A stretch of DNA of 64,000 bases from an uncultured virus (IMG/VR IMGVR_UViG_3300011906_000002) (taxonomy: Duplodnaviria; Heunggongvirae; Uroviricota; Caudoviricetes): positions 124,001 through 188,000 of the IMG/VR virus record IMGVR_UViG_3300011906_000002; one strand, written 5' to 3'. Position 1 is the stretch's first letter, and each line of letters opens with the position of its first letter. The position numbers and the translations under genes are program-made. The notes below the pieces were generated by a model that saw only the letters and a list, made by a program, of their open reading frames with translations, ran no database searches and had not been told where the DNA came from. Positions 16,532 through 26,769 of this stretch are shown here, one piece after another.

Positions 16532-18703
16532 GTGAATAATTCATTCTTAAAACCCGCCAACCATTACAGCCGTGATCTGGATGTGCTGGGTAACTATCGT
16601 AACGATATGGCCCTGTATTTGTCCAAGCGCACAGGTAAGCCGTTGGAACAATGTCAAGCCTGGGTTCAACAAGTCACCTCCGCCGGTGGTCGTTTGGAAA
16701 TCAAAGACCCCGAAGTCCTGCACCTGGCCCGTAACAAGTCAGGGGATCGGGAACAAAAGGTGTTAACCTACACCGAGTATCTCAATAACATCAAAGACCG
16801 TAAACTGTTGTTCTCCCCAGCGATGACCGTTTACGAGAACCCTAACCGTCGTGAGTCCCTGCTCTCTATCTACGTTACCGGTAACATTGAGGGGCGTGCT
16901 AAGGTGAAAGCCGAAGCCTTTGATGCCCAGATGGCGGGTAACCACGTCGTAGCCGACATTAAAGAGAACGAGCAGTCCACGTACAAGATTGCCAATAACT
17001 CGATCTCAGGCGGCCAAGCGTCAGCGTCTACGATCTTCTACAACAAGTCTGCACACTCCAGCCTGACTTCCACCTGCCGTGTAGCAACCAGTTATGGAAA
17101 CTCGAACAACGAGAAGTTCCTCGCAGGTAACCGACACTACTGGGCACCGGATGTGGTATTGGCGAATATCACCTCGATCATCGGACACGTTGACTACAAC
17201 ATGATCGGCAAAGCTGTCCAGACCTACAACCTACACATCCCAACTGTGGATGAAGTGATGGAGGTGATTCTTTATAGTACCCACCACTACTGGCGCAATA
17301 AGGGAAAGGAAGGAGAGATCCGTAAACTGGTTGAAGGCCTGGAGCCCTTGGAACGTGTAGCCTTTGTGTATGTCGGCGATATGTGGCACTTGGGCAAATA
17401 CAACACAGGGTTCGTTCGTACCTTCTTGCAGGTTCTGTCTAGCAAGACTGCAGGGCAGACCTTGGCGTATGAGGATGCTAAGGTCTACGTTAAAGGGATG
17501 GATAACGACCTTAAAGCGTACGTGAGCTTGATCTGTGCACAAGAGTTGGCAGGCCGTACCCTGAAGAAGCTTCAAGAATCGGCAGACAAAGGAGAAGCGG
17601 AAGCCATTCACGGTATGCGGGTCATGGGTGAGTTTGCCAAGAAGACCATCGAGACACTGGAGCAGTTCGCCTTGTTGATCGAAGCCTTCTGGGTAACCGA
17701 CAACGTTCCGGCCTCTGTAGCTCGTATTCGTAACTCGGTGCGTCACGTTGCGATCACCTCCGACACTGACTCAACGATCTTTACTGTTGAGAATTGGGTG
17801 GAGTGGTACCAAGGTAAGGTGGACTTTAGCGATGAAGCCTTTGCTATCAACTACACAATGGTGTACCTGGCGTCCCAATCGATCATCCACGTCTTGGCTA
17901 AACTCTCAACAATCCTTGGGGTAATTCCTGAGAAGTTGAACGTGTTGGCGATGAAGAACGAGTTCGCCTTCTCAGTGTTTGGTTTGACGTCAATGGCCAA
18001 GCACTACTTTGCCTACAAGGCTGCTCGTGAAGGTAACGTCTTTAAGCACCTGGAGGAAGAAATCAAAGGGGTGTACCTGAAGGACTCCAACTGTCCGCCT
18101 GAGATTATGGCGGTGGTGACTGAGACCATTAAGGAAGTTATGGATACGGTGATTGCGGATAAGCAAATCTCCATGGTCGATCTGTACCGTAAGATCGCAG
18201 CCATCGAGTTTGACATCATTGAGTCGGTGATCAAAGGGCGGTCTCGCTATTTGGCCCGTGCTTCTGTGAAGTCAGCTAACTCCTACACCAACCCCCATCA
18301 GTCCCCGTATCAGCACTACGTGTATTGGCAGGATATCTTTGCACCTGAGTATGGTGATGCCCCTGAAGCCCCTTACGCGGCTATCAAGGTATCGCTTGAC
18401 CTTCCGAACAAGACGGCCATTGCAGAATGGATCGCCAGCATTGAAAACCCGGAAGTGGCAGCTAAGGTTGCAAAGTACTTTGCCAACAAGCCTGGGATGA
18501 CCACCTTACTGCTGCCGAAGGATAACGTGGAACGCCACGGACTCCCGAAAGAAGTGGTTCAAGCGATGAACATCCGCAAGCTTGTGTATTCGACGGTTCG
18601 GCCGTTCTATCTCATCCTTGAAGCCCTTGGCATTTTCTTGGTGAATGGTAACAACACCAAGCTGGTCAGTGACTTCGTGAGGGAATGGGAAACAGCGGCA
18701 TAA
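16532..18703 (+). CDS. Split family-B DNA polymerase, palm/thumb subunit (phiKZ gp50-like)
   Basis: Q..YKIANNS.SG (motif B), SDTDS (motif C), KGVYLK. Confidence 0.85.
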   Translation: MNNSFLKPANHYSRDLDVLGNYRNDMALYLSKRTGKPLEQCQAWVQQVTSAGGRLEIKDPEVLHLARNKSGDREQKVLTYTEYLNNIKDRKLLFSPAMTVYENPNRRESLLSIYVTGNIEGRAKVKAEAFDAQMAGNHVVADIKENEQSTYKIANNSISGGQASASTIFYNKSAHSSLTSTCRVATSYGNSNNEKFLAGNRHYWAPDVVLANITSIIGHVDYNMIGKAVQTYNLHIPTVDEVMEVILYSTHHYWRNKGKEGEIRKLVEGLEPLERVAFVYVGDMWHLGKYNTGFVRTFLQVLSSKTAGQTLAYEDAKVYVKGMDNDLKAYVSLICAQELAGRTLKKLQESADKGEAEAIHGMRVMGEFAKKTIETLEQFALLIEAFWVTDNVPASVARIRNSVRHVAITSDTDSTIFTVENWVEWYQGKVDFSDEAFAINYTMVYLASQSIIHVLAKLSTILGVIPEKLNVLAMKNEFAFSVFGLTSMAKHYFAYKAAREGNVFKHLEEEIKGVYLKDSNCPPEIMAVVTETIKEVMDTVIADKQISMVDLYRKIAAIEFDIIESVIKGRSRYLARASVKSANSYTNPHQSPYQHYVYWQDIFAPEYGDAPEAPYAAIKVSLDLPNKTAIAEWIASIENPEVAAKVAKYFANKPGMTTLLLPKDNVERHGLPKEVVQAMNIRKLVYSTVRPFYLILEALGIFLVNGNNTKLVSDFVREWETAA

Positions 18704-18738
18704 AAGGCTAGGGAGGCGCAAGCCTCCCTAGTTAACCT

Positions 18739-19830
18739 TTATGACGTAAGGTCGATCAGTTCTTTGAAGCGCTGTTCCCAATAGGGTACCGCCTTTTTCG
18801 GAACGGACCCACGCAACACATTGTCGTTGTGAAAGCGCACCAACTCCTGACGAATCTTGATCAATTGAGCCCGGTTCTTTTTGTTCCCCGTCTCATTGTT
18901 CCAATCCACCAGAAAGCGCACCAACGGTTCCCGTGCCAACATCAACGCCCACTTCACTTGACGGGTTGCCAGTAACGAAGGTAACGCTACCCGATCTAAC
19001 GCAGAGGGCACACCCAACAGCTGTATGCTGTCTAGCAGCTGCTCCATGGTAAAACTACGGGTACGGTAGTCATGAACCATCTGGTCAATGGCCACCTGAA
19101 GGCGATCGGAGTAGTCAGTCAACTGAAACGACTTACTCACCTGACTGGTTGAAGTAGGTAGCCCCCGGTAGGTATGGATGATCCGGTTAAGGATTGCCCA
19201 ATCCACTTGAGAGTACAGGAGGTTGTTCAACGGATAAGACGCGATGAACTGCATGACGTTACGTTGGTTGTCTGGATTGAATGACCACTCACGTTGACGC
19301 CACTGTTGGTATTGAAAGGCTAACATCGGTACGTTGATGCGCAAAACCGCTAAGCCTGTTTCCTCGTTGTTCTGCATTCCCCAAGGCAGATCCATTCCCA
19401 GATCCGTTTTAGGGTGGTACAAGAACTCCAACGGTCGTAGGCTTTCCCAGTCGTCCTCGTATTGACGCACGTCAAAATAGGCAGAGTCGGCAATCAGGAT
19501 TTCCTGAGACCCTTCCCCGTACATGACCCCTGGATGAAAGACCCTTCCTTTATTAAGCGGAGAGGTGATGTTCATCGCCATGCCCACGCCCTCAGTGCGT
19601 TCGGAGATCAAATCGACCATCCGTTGGGAGTCCATGGTAACAGGGATGTTTAAGGAGTGAATCAGACGCACCAAGAAATGGTTAGGTTTGACAGCTCGCG
19701 GATAGATTCGGTTATAGTGAATCACCCGCTCCAGGTTACTCCGCAAACCCTTCAAGGAGTAGCGATAATTCAAGTAGGTTGGAGCACCCCCTCGGTTACC
19801 CCACTCCCCTTTGCTAAACAGGGAATACAT
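18739..19830 (-). CDS. Conserved phiKZ-like virion protein (probably gp52-like)
   Basis: 363-aa ORF between the DNA polymerase and chimallin; synteny. Confidence 0.6.
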   Translation of the reverse strand: MYSLFSKGEWGNRGGAPTYLNYRYSLKGLRSNLERVIHYNRIYPRAVKPNHFLVRLIHSLNIPVTMDSQRMVDLISERTEGVGMAMNITSPLNKGRVFHPGVMYGEGSQEILIADSAYFDVRQYEDDWESLRPLEFLYHPKTDLGMDLPWGMQNNEETGLAVLRINVPMLAFQYQQWRQREWSFNPDNQRNVMQFIASYPLNNLLYSQVDWAILNRIIHTYRGLPTSTSQVSKSFQLTDYSDRLQVAIDQMVHDYRTRSFTMEQLLDSIQLLGVPSALDRVALPSLLATRQVKWALMLAREPLVRFLVDWNNETGNKKNRAQLIKIRQELVRFHNDNVLRGSVPKKAVPYWEQRFKELIDLTS

Positions 19831-19921
19831 AGAAGCCCCCTAGGAATACGATTTAAAAGAAATTGGACCACATACTATCCACGTGAATTGGTACCGCTAA
19901 CCCACCTTATAAGGAAACCCC

Positions 19922-20239
19922 ATGTCATCTAAAGCGATGCAGGATCTTGAACAAGCTCTGGCGTACTCTATTAAGAAGCACGCGAATCCAACTGGCCTTG
20001 TAAATAAAAACCCAAAAGGCCAAGGGTATGTGAAAGAACGGCAGTACGTCAGACTGAAAGTCCGACTGCTCCACGGTGGTGCAGCCCATGGTCCGGTACA
20101 GGACTTTGAGTTCTACAGCACTGAGTTGTCCGCACTCGGGGCTGAATGCGAAGCGAAGAAGGCTGCTAAGAAAGCAGGCTGGGTCTTTTGGTTAACTGCC
20201 GAGAACCATCGCGTCGAAGTACAGTCTGGCCGTGGTTGA
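19922..20239 (+). CDS. Hypothetical basic protein
   Basis: TAAGGA RBS; early-promoter variant CATACTATCCACGTGAA at 19871. Confidence 0.75.
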   Translation: MSSKAMQDLEQALAYSIKKHANPTGLVNKNPKGQGYVKERQYVRLKVRLLHGGAAHGPVQDFEFYSTELSALGAECEAKKAAKKAGWVFWLTAENHRVEVQSGRG

Positions 20240-20384
20240 GAATGGATTTCGATATTTAAATACTTTCTCACCTATGGTATAGACGAATACAACTTGGCGG
20301 AATTTCCGCTAAGGGATTTAGGATGCATGATCGCTATTGGCGAATATCAGGCAGAATAGATCGTATTCGAAAAAGAATCGGGTA

Positions 20385-20401
20385 TATATTACCTACATGA
20401 A
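20385..20401 (+). promoter_or_regulatory. Early promoter of chimallin
   Basis: Perfect TATATTAC-CTACATGAA, matching the phiKZ early consensus. Confidence 0.75.
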
Positions 20402-20457
20402 TACTCACCTCGAGTGGGTTGTTTGCGCAAACAAACGTTAACGAAGGAAATAAACTC

Positions 20458-22464
20458 ATGAGTGTTAATAAAGACAGCGGTAAGTCCAGCGGTTCTCTGG
20501 CCGACGCCATGCGTCAAGCCGGCCTCGGCGCCCAAGACCAGCAGCAGGCTGCCCCTGCTCTGCAACCTCAATCAACCCCAACACCCGAAACCAACCTGGG
20601 TGGGAGCCCTAACATGAACACCAACCCCAACGCTCGTGTAGGTCAGCCTGGCCGTTCCATCATGAACGTCAACAGCCAGCACCGTGGTCTGGTTTCCCGC
20701 AACATGAGCGGTGAGACCGTCCAGAAGATCCATGACGGCCTCATGGAGCGCGCTAAGCGCGTGATGGATGCCAAGACCCTCGAAGCCTTCCGCTTCCTGG
20801 TTCTGGACAGCAATCAGCTGCAGGTCAACTACAGCTCGATCCTGGTGTGCATGAAAGAAGTCCATCAGGGCCAAACCCACATCGGCGTCTACGATCTGCT
20901 GATCGAAGGTTCCGGTCGTCCGCTACAGCCGAACATCGCCACCATCGATGGCCACACCATCGAAACGATCTTCGCTGCCAGCGACATCTACAACCACAAG
21001 TCCCACTGGGACACCGTGAAGAAGTTCGTAGTGGACACCTTCGGCGTTAACGCCCAGGTACACGACGCCGGCTGCACCGTGATCCCGACTGAGCTGGACA
21101 AGGACATCCCGGTCGAGCGTTTCCAAGACTGGCTGCACAACAGCGTTCAGGCTGTGTGGGCGGTTCTGGATATCAAGTTGGGCGCTGAAGCTCCTGCATT
21201 CACTCTGGCCGAGTTCGGCGAGAAGGACGTCCTGACTGCTCGTTCCGAGTACGGCAGTGTCCACGGCACCAACATTGTTGGCCTGCCGGTGCGTGAAGAC
21301 ATCGAGCTGACTGTTTCGGCCAGCAACAACGCCGAGACTCAGGGTCTGGACATGCGTCCTCCGCGTGAACTGACTCGCGTCACTGGTTACGTCGACATCA
21401 TGTACAACCCGGTGCAGGTGCAACAGCAGCAGCAGTTCGGGATGTTCGGCATGCAGCAACAGCCGATGATGCCGGGCATCATGTATCAGCCGCGTCTGGT
21501 ACTGACCAACGTCGAGTCGATGACTGACGTCGTGAGCATGGAGCTTCAGCTTCTGGCTCTGTCGACTGCTGTTCAGCTCGGCCGTAACGGCAACTGGTGG
21601 AATGCGTTCCGTCGTCCGCTGAAGACCTACAGCGAAGGTGCCAATGCTCGCAAGGGCATCAACCTGCGTGACGTAGGTGCGATTGGTTACGAGATCAAGG
21701 ACCCGGCCAACCCTGGCCAGCCTGGCAACAAGATCGACACCAGCGCTGCCAACTTCGGCGATCAGCAGTTTGCACAGATGATGGGCATGTTCTTCAGCCA
21801 GCAGCTGCTGTACACGCTGGACATCGAAGAAGCGGGCGAACTGAGCTGGTTGCAGCAGACGTTCATCGCTGCGGCGAACAAGAACGAAGACGCGCGTAAG
21901 AGCATCCTGCTGGCGGCCAACCGCCTGACGCTGGGTCGCTTCGAGAAGCACTTCCCGTTCGATGCGCCGGTCTGCTTCGACGACCAAGACCGTATCCACC
22001 TCGGGTACTACACCAACAGCGACGGTCACCTGCGTGACCTGCGTGAGCTGGACTACCTCGCCATCCTGAACCTGGCTGGCAAGGACGATCCGACTCTGTT
22101 GGAGAAGTGGGAGCGTACTCACCTCGATCGCAGCATCCCGCTGTCCGTGCGTCTGCATGAGCGTAAGACCATCATCGACCGCCTGCTGTCGGGCTCCGTT
22201 GTGGTCAAGGGCTTCGCACGTCGCGTCACTTTCTCCGAGCAGTTCATCAAGGCTCTGAGCGACTCGATCGAAGAAGCCGGCCTGTCCGTCCGTCCGGGCA
22301 ACATGGTCGACAGCTTCAACCAGGGCGCCACTCGTGGCGGCTACTCCTTCCAGGGTCAGCTGGTCAATCCTGGTCTGGGTAACTGGATGTCGAGCGGTGC
22401 GATCCAGCCGAACTACGGGAACCGTTTCGGTAACCAGCAGTTCAACGGCGTGTGGGGTCGCTAA
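20458..22464 (+). CDS. chmA: Chimallin, major nuclear shell protein
   Basis: About 668 aa, strongly biased codon usage, immediately upstream of the gp55-like RNAP subunit; GLPVREDI, RIHLGYY, LRDLRELDYLA.LN motifs; AAGGA RBS at ATG 20458. Confidence 0.9.
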   Translation: MSVNKDSGKSSGSLADAMRQAGLGAQDQQQAAPALQPQSTPTPETNLGGSPNMNTNPNARVGQPGRSIMNVNSQHRGLVSRNMSGETVQKIHDGLMERAKRVMDAKTLEAFRFLVLDSNQLQVNYSSILVCMKEVHQGQTHIGVYDLLIEGSGRPLQPNIATIDGHTIETIFAASDIYNHKSHWDTVKKFVVDTFGVNAQVHDAGCTVIPTELDKDIPVERFQDWLHNSVQAVWAVLDIKLGAEAPAFTLAEFGEKDVLTARSEYGSVHGTNIVGLPVREDIELTVSASNNAETQGLDMRPPRELTRVTGYVDIMYNPVQVQQQQQFGMFGMQQQPMMPGIMYQPRLVLTNVESMTDVVSMELQLLALSTAVQLGRNGNWWNAFRRPLKTYSEGANARKGINLRDVGAIGYEIKDPANPGQPGNKIDTSAANFGDQQFAQMMGMFFSQQLLYTLDIEEAGELSWLQQTFIAAANKNEDARKSILLAANRLTLGRFEKHFPFDAPVCFDDQDRIHLGYYTNSDGHLRDLRELDYLAILNLAGKDDPTLLEKWERTHLDRSIPLSVRLHERKTIIDRLLSGSVVVKGFARRVTFSEQFIKALSDSIEEAGLSVRPGNMVDSFNQGATRGGYSFQGQLVNPGLGNWMSSGAIQPNYGNRFGNQQFNGVWGR

Positions 22465-22480
22465 TCTAGCGGCCTAACGG

Positions 22481-22510
22481 AAAAGGGGGGGCATTGCCTC
22501 CCCTTTTTTA
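22481..22510 (+). terminator. Intrinsic terminator after chmA
   Basis: AAAAGGGGGGGC-ATT-GCCTCCCCTTTTTT. Confidence 0.8.
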
Positions 22511-22543
22511 TTTTTATGTCAGCCACAATGGGAGTCTCGAAAG

Positions 22544-23974
22544 ATGGGTGTCTGTGCAGAGATCGTTAACCACGATCAGCTCTTCGATTCACTGACCAGC
22601 GTACCGCTCATCATTAACGATTATCAAATCGACAGTAAAGAGGACCGAGACGCTCTTCACAACCTCGCGATTACCAAGTACACAGGGGAATCCCTTGACA
22701 TCGTACCGTCGTGCGATTGTGGATACCTCAAGTACCAGTACAACGTCGGCGTACGTTGTCCGATATGCAACCACTTCTGTTTGCCGTCTACCGAAAGGCC
22801 TCTCGAGGCACTTTTGTGGATAGCAGCACCAGAAGGGGTAGATCGTTTGATCAACCCGTGGGTGTATGTGATCCTCAAGTCGGAGATGACCGTCAAGAGC
22901 GTAAGCTTGTTAGACTGGCTTATCAATCCTGGGTACCGACCCAATAACAAGAAGATGGAGTTCTTCACCCAAGCGCTAACGGCTCAAGGCTACAAGCGTG
23001 GGCTGAATTCCTTCTACCGTAACTTCGACAGCATCATGCAACTGATGTGCTCGGAGGAAGGACCGTTGTATGACAATAAGAAGAAGCGTAAGGTGGAATA
23101 CCTGCGTACCTTCATTGCGTTGTATCGCGATCTGATCTTCAGCCATAAGGTGCCGATCCCGTCGAAAGCGGCCTTTATCATCGAGAAGGCTGCGACTGGT
23201 CTGTATGGTGATCTCACTATGCGGCCCGCCATTGATGCGATCTACACCATCAGTGGTATCGTGCACAGCCAAACCAAGCTGAGCCAAGAGGAAATCGAGA
23301 AGCGTACCGTTACCGCGGTCACCATGCTGTCTGAGTACTATGCGCCGTTCATCGGTTCACAGTTGGGTAGTAAGACTGGTTGGTGGCGTAAGCATGTGTT
23401 TGGATCACGTGACCACTTCAGCTTCCGGGCTGTTATCACGTCCCGTTCTGAGCAGCATCATCACGAGGAACTCGAGCTGCCTTGGTCGTTGTCGATCATG
23501 GTCTTTAAGACCCACTTGACGGCGAAACTGTTGCACCGAGGGATGTCGCCTAAGCAGATCAACAAGCTGCTGTTCGAACATACCCTGCGTTATCACCCCC
23601 TGATCGATGAGATCTTCAAGGAGATGATTGCGGAATCGCCCCGTAAGGGTATTCCAGTAATCTTCCAACGTAACCCTACGTTGACCCGCCTATCGGCCCA
23701 ACGCCTGTATGTCACCCGTATCAAGAGTGAAGACACACGGATTAACACTGTGAGTCTCTCGGTACTGGTACTGCCGGGCATGAACGCTGACTATGACGGT
23801 GATGCCTTGAACGGGATCATTATCCTCGACCACCAGATGTTGGAGGCGTTGGATGAGTTGGCCCCAAGGAACGGTGTGTACGACACCCGAAAACCCCGCA
23901 GCATCTCTAGCCACATTGCAATCCCTGCACCTGTGGTGACCACGATCTCGAACTACATACACCGAGGCCGTTAA
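22544..23974 (+). CDS. Non-virion RNA polymerase beta' N-terminal subunit (phiKZ gp55-like)
   Basis: CDCG...CPIC zinc finger, FSFRAVIT, QRNPTL, catalytic NADYDGD. Confidence 0.92.
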   Translation: MGVCAEIVNHDQLFDSLTSVPLIINDYQIDSKEDRDALHNLAITKYTGESLDIVPSCDCGYLKYQYNVGVRCPICNHFCLPSTERPLEALLWIAAPEGVDRLINPWVYVILKSEMTVKSVSLLDWLINPGYRPNNKKMEFFTQALTAQGYKRGLNSFYRNFDSIMQLMCSEEGPLYDNKKKRKVEYLRTFIALYRDLIFSHKVPIPSKAAFIIEKAATGLYGDLTMRPAIDAIYTISGIVHSQTKLSQEEIEKRTVTAVTMLSEYYAPFIGSQLGSKTGWWRKHVFGSRDHFSFRAVITSRSEQHHHEELELPWSLSIMVFKTHLTAKLLHRGMSPKQINKLLFEHTLRYHPLIDEIFKEMIAESPRKGIPVIFQRNPTLTRLSAQRLYVTRIKSEDTRINTVSLSVLVLPGMNADYDGDALNGIIILDHQMLEALDELAPRNGVYDTRKPRSISSHIAIPAPVVTTISNYIHRGR

Positions 23975-24021
23975 ATAAACTTGAGGGGGCTTGCAGTCCC
24001 CTCTCACGGAGGAATCTTTGC

Positions 24022-24333
24022 ATGAACAAGGCACGAGAGATACTCGAGCTGGCCCAGAATAACCAGCTCAATACATCGAGTGTTTACCTGTTGGTGGTTA
24101 AGTCCACTCCAGCCGAATTTATCAAGATGCGAGAAGAACTGGTTAAGCACCAGTACACTTTCAGCTTGGTCCCCGATGAAGTCAAGGAACACAAGCAAGT
24201 TGTCAACGGCGTCCCGCAGCCCCAAACCGCACAAACCTACTCGCTGTATCTGACCAACCCACAAGGGCTTTACCTGGTGGCCAAGAAGGGAACAGAGAAG
24301 TGGTATGCGGAGCGTGGCATATTCGCGATCTAA
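24022..24333 (+). CDS. Hypothetical protein
   Basis: GGAGG RBS, 103 aa. Confidence 0.8.
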   Translation: MNKAREILELAQNNQLNTSSVYLLVVKSTPAEFIKMREELVKHQYTFSLVPDEVKEHKQVVNGVPQPQTAQTYSLYLTNPQGLYLVAKKGTEKWYAERGIFAI

Positions 24334-24373
24334 AATTACCATCAGCCACTACTTTATGTAGAAAGGAGTTATC

Positions 24374-24997
24374 ATGGCCCAAATGGTAATTGGTGGTACG
24401 AATACGTTTGACCACTTGATGTATGGTGCACCGAATCCCGAGGTGCAGCAATTCGTTACAAACTTGCAGCAGCAGATTACCCCTATGTTGACTCAAGAAG
24501 GCTTGAACTTCGTCCAGCAAACGCGCAACGAATGGTCCAGGTTCTTCGGTGAGGATGCAGCTCGACTCGCGCGAGCCGGGGCACGACGCGTTGCCAGTCT
24601 CTGGGATGACGAGGGCATTCGTCAGCTGGTAGGCATTGCTGCGTTGCAGCATGCACCAGTAGTCATGCAGCCGTTCCTGATGGCCCAACCCGAGATCCGC
24701 CAAGCGTATCTGGACCAGAAGATCGACGGCTACAGCGAAACCTATGTGAACGAACATGGTACTGACGTGGGTGAGCAACACTACCACTACAAGTGCGTCA
24801 TGTCCGGAATCGTAGCAGAAGACGAGGACGGTGAAGAGTGGAAGGCCGTAACGTACTTCTTGGATCATGAGAAGCCTGAAGACCAGCTGAACTTTGATCA
24901 GAAGGTTGATGTGCTTTGCAGTTGGTCTGAGTTGTTGATGCGGTACCGTACTGGGCGGGATGATCCTACCAGTCGTTTCAATTCCTCACTGTGGTGA
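24374..24997 (+). CDS. Conserved nucleus-block protein (probably gp59-like)
   Basis: AAGGAG RBS; M..FLMAQP.IR...IDGYS and DPTS motifs; synteny. Confidence 0.6.
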   Translation: MAQMVIGGTNTFDHLMYGAPNPEVQQFVTNLQQQITPMLTQEGLNFVQQTRNEWSRFFGEDAARLARAGARRVASLWDDEGIRQLVGIAALQHAPVVMQPFLMAQPEIRQAYLDQKIDGYSETYVNEHGTDVGEQHYHYKCVMSGIVAEDEDGEEWKAVTYFLDHEKPEDQLNFDQKVDVLCSWSELLMRYRTGRDDPTSRFNSSLW

Positions 24998-25075
24998 TAG
25001 GTGAGGGGGCATTTGTCCCCTCACCCGTTCCCTTTAATATGAAGCCTTATTTTTTGTCCCCCTGCCGAGGTTCCT

Positions 25076-25477
25076 ATGAACGTTGAGATTCCCTCCCTAA
25101 GTGCGTCTGGTTGGGTCGGTGATGTCCCTGAGAAGTTGGACAAGCTGTTGGGCTACTTCTTGGTGAGTGAGAAGTCTCAGTCGTTCTTTTTCGTAGGTTC
25201 TATTGCCTCGTTCCCTGCGATCATCCAAAACAACACTGAACAACCTGAACGCTTGGCCACTGAAACCCGTACTACGCTGGTATCCCTGTTGTCGCGTTAC
25301 TTTGACGCAGCAGAGGTGGATGCCGAGGCGACCACACCCGATCCAGATCGCCCCGACCTGATTAACCTGACCTTGGACATCCGAGTGATGGTTGAAGGTA
25401 AGCAATACTACGCCGGTCGTGAATTGTCTGTAATCAATTCGAAAGTAGCCAGCATCGCCGAAATCAACAACGGTTAA
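25076..25477 (+). CDS. Conserved hypothetical protein
   Basis: GAGG RBS; IPSLS..GW N-terminus. Confidence 0.7.
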   Translation: MNVEIPSLSASGWVGDVPEKLDKLLGYFLVSEKSQSFFFVGSIASFPAIIQNNTEQPERLATETRTTLVSLLSRYFDAAEVDAEATTPDPDRPDLINLTLDIRVMVEGKQYYAGRELSVINSKVASIAEINNG

Positions 25478-26148
25478 TGAAGGATATAAACTTAATGAAC
25501 TCGCCCCTGAACGACAACTCGCAAAAAGACCTCACCCCGCCACTCGGTGAACAGTCCTTCCGCGATCATCTACAAAAGCATACCTTCCCCCAAGGGCAAA
25601 ACAAGGCTGATCAGTTGTGGATCATGCACAACCAGCTGATCGACACGCTCGAAGTGGTGATGACCGAACAGAACCGTAAGATCTCCCGCTTGGCTGAACT
25701 CTTGGGCGAGAAAGCCAACCGCAAGCAGGTAGAAGACCTCGTTCACAAGGTCGATGACGTGTTGCGTGAACTGCGCACCCGCATGAGTAACCTGCCAGGA
25801 CACGATCACCACCACCCAACCACTCCACCCACGGTCCTCGAGATGGTTGCCGCTGGTACGGCTACCCTGAAATCTTCCCTCGAGTACAATGACAATGTTT
25901 TGGTTATGTGTGTTCTGCGTGACGATGGGCTCCATCTCTTCGATGTACTTCGTGATGAGTTTGGACTCCCGCGTTATGAAATATTCAACAAAAGCTCAGA
26001 TGAGCGACAGCTCGCAGCAGCCGTCCTCGCCGAACACCGAGCGGGTGGCTACAAACCCAATCAATTGGTTTACATCACTGTTAACCTGATTACCACAGAA
26101 CCCCTGGATGAAACATCGGTCCAGGTGCCGGCTACAAAGCAATCGTAA
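25477..26148 (+). CDS. Hypothetical protein
   Basis: TAATG coupling, coiled-coil-like segment. Confidence 0.75.
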   Translation: MKDINLMNSPLNDNSQKDLTPPLGEQSFRDHLQKHTFPQGQNKADQLWIMHNQLIDTLEVVMTEQNRKISRLAELLGEKANRKQVEDLVHKVDDVLRELRTRMSNLPGHDHHHPTTPPTVLEMVAAGTATLKSSLEYNDNVLVMCVLRDDGLHLFDVLRDEFGLPRYEIFNKSSDERQLAAAVLAEHRAGGYKPNQLVYITVNLITTEPLDETSVQVPATKQS

Positions 26149-26220
26149 AAGCGCACTAAGTAACTCTTTATACACAACGGCTAGGGTATGACCCTAGTCG
26201 TTTGTGTTGAGGACCAGACC

Positions 26221-26769
26221 ATGACGAATAAAGAACCGATTGTAAAGAACAGCGCCGCGGTTAAAGAAGCCATTACCGATCTCAGCGCATTGTTTGATAA
26301 TGATGTCCCCCGTTGCAGTGAGGAGTACTTCCAGTCTGCTATTTTGCCGATGTTGTTAAGTCGCGAAGAACGCCCAAGCCTTGCCCCTTGGTTAGCAGTG
26401 TCGGATAACGTTAAGCGTCCGTTGGATGTGTACCGTGGTAGTGAGTTGTTGTTCCGTTGTCCACCGATCTCTCGGCGATTTAACTTCAAGCCTGCCCGAC
26501 ACCGGGGCGATACCATGTTCGAACACGTAGCCAAAGCGCTGCAAAAGGACGACGTGGTCCCAACCCTCGGTCAACGGTATATCGGCAACGCAGTGAAGTC
26601 CAAAACCCAATTGGTGGGTTTGAGTGAGAGTGAGAAAGAACAATGGCGGGTGGTGTTGCGTCACTTCGGGGTAATCAAAGACCCTAATGCAACCTCAGAG
26701 GCTACACCGGCTTCTGAAACCAAACCGTCATCTGATGGGGACTTCATTGATGACTTCGAACTTGCCTGA
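26221..26769 (+). CDS. Conserved hypothetical protein
   Basis: GAGGA RBS, LLFRCPP motif, acidic tail. Confidence 0.75.
   Translation: MTNKEPIVKNSAAVKEAITDLSALFDNDVPRCSEEYFQSAILPMLLSREERPSLAPWLAVSDNVKRPLDVYRGSELLFRCPPISRRFNFKPARHRGDTMFEHVAKALQKDDVVPTLGQRYIGNAVKSKTQLVGLSESEKEQWRVVLRHFGVIKDPNATSEATPASETKPSSDGDFIDDFELA

Noticed and set aside
20923..22158. 411-aa antisense ORF inside chmA (also 41167..42111, 28743..29654, 8674..9342, 45534..46235, 57713..58429)
   Set aside because: Shadow ORFs produced by strong codon bias of highly expressed sense genes; no RBS or motifs
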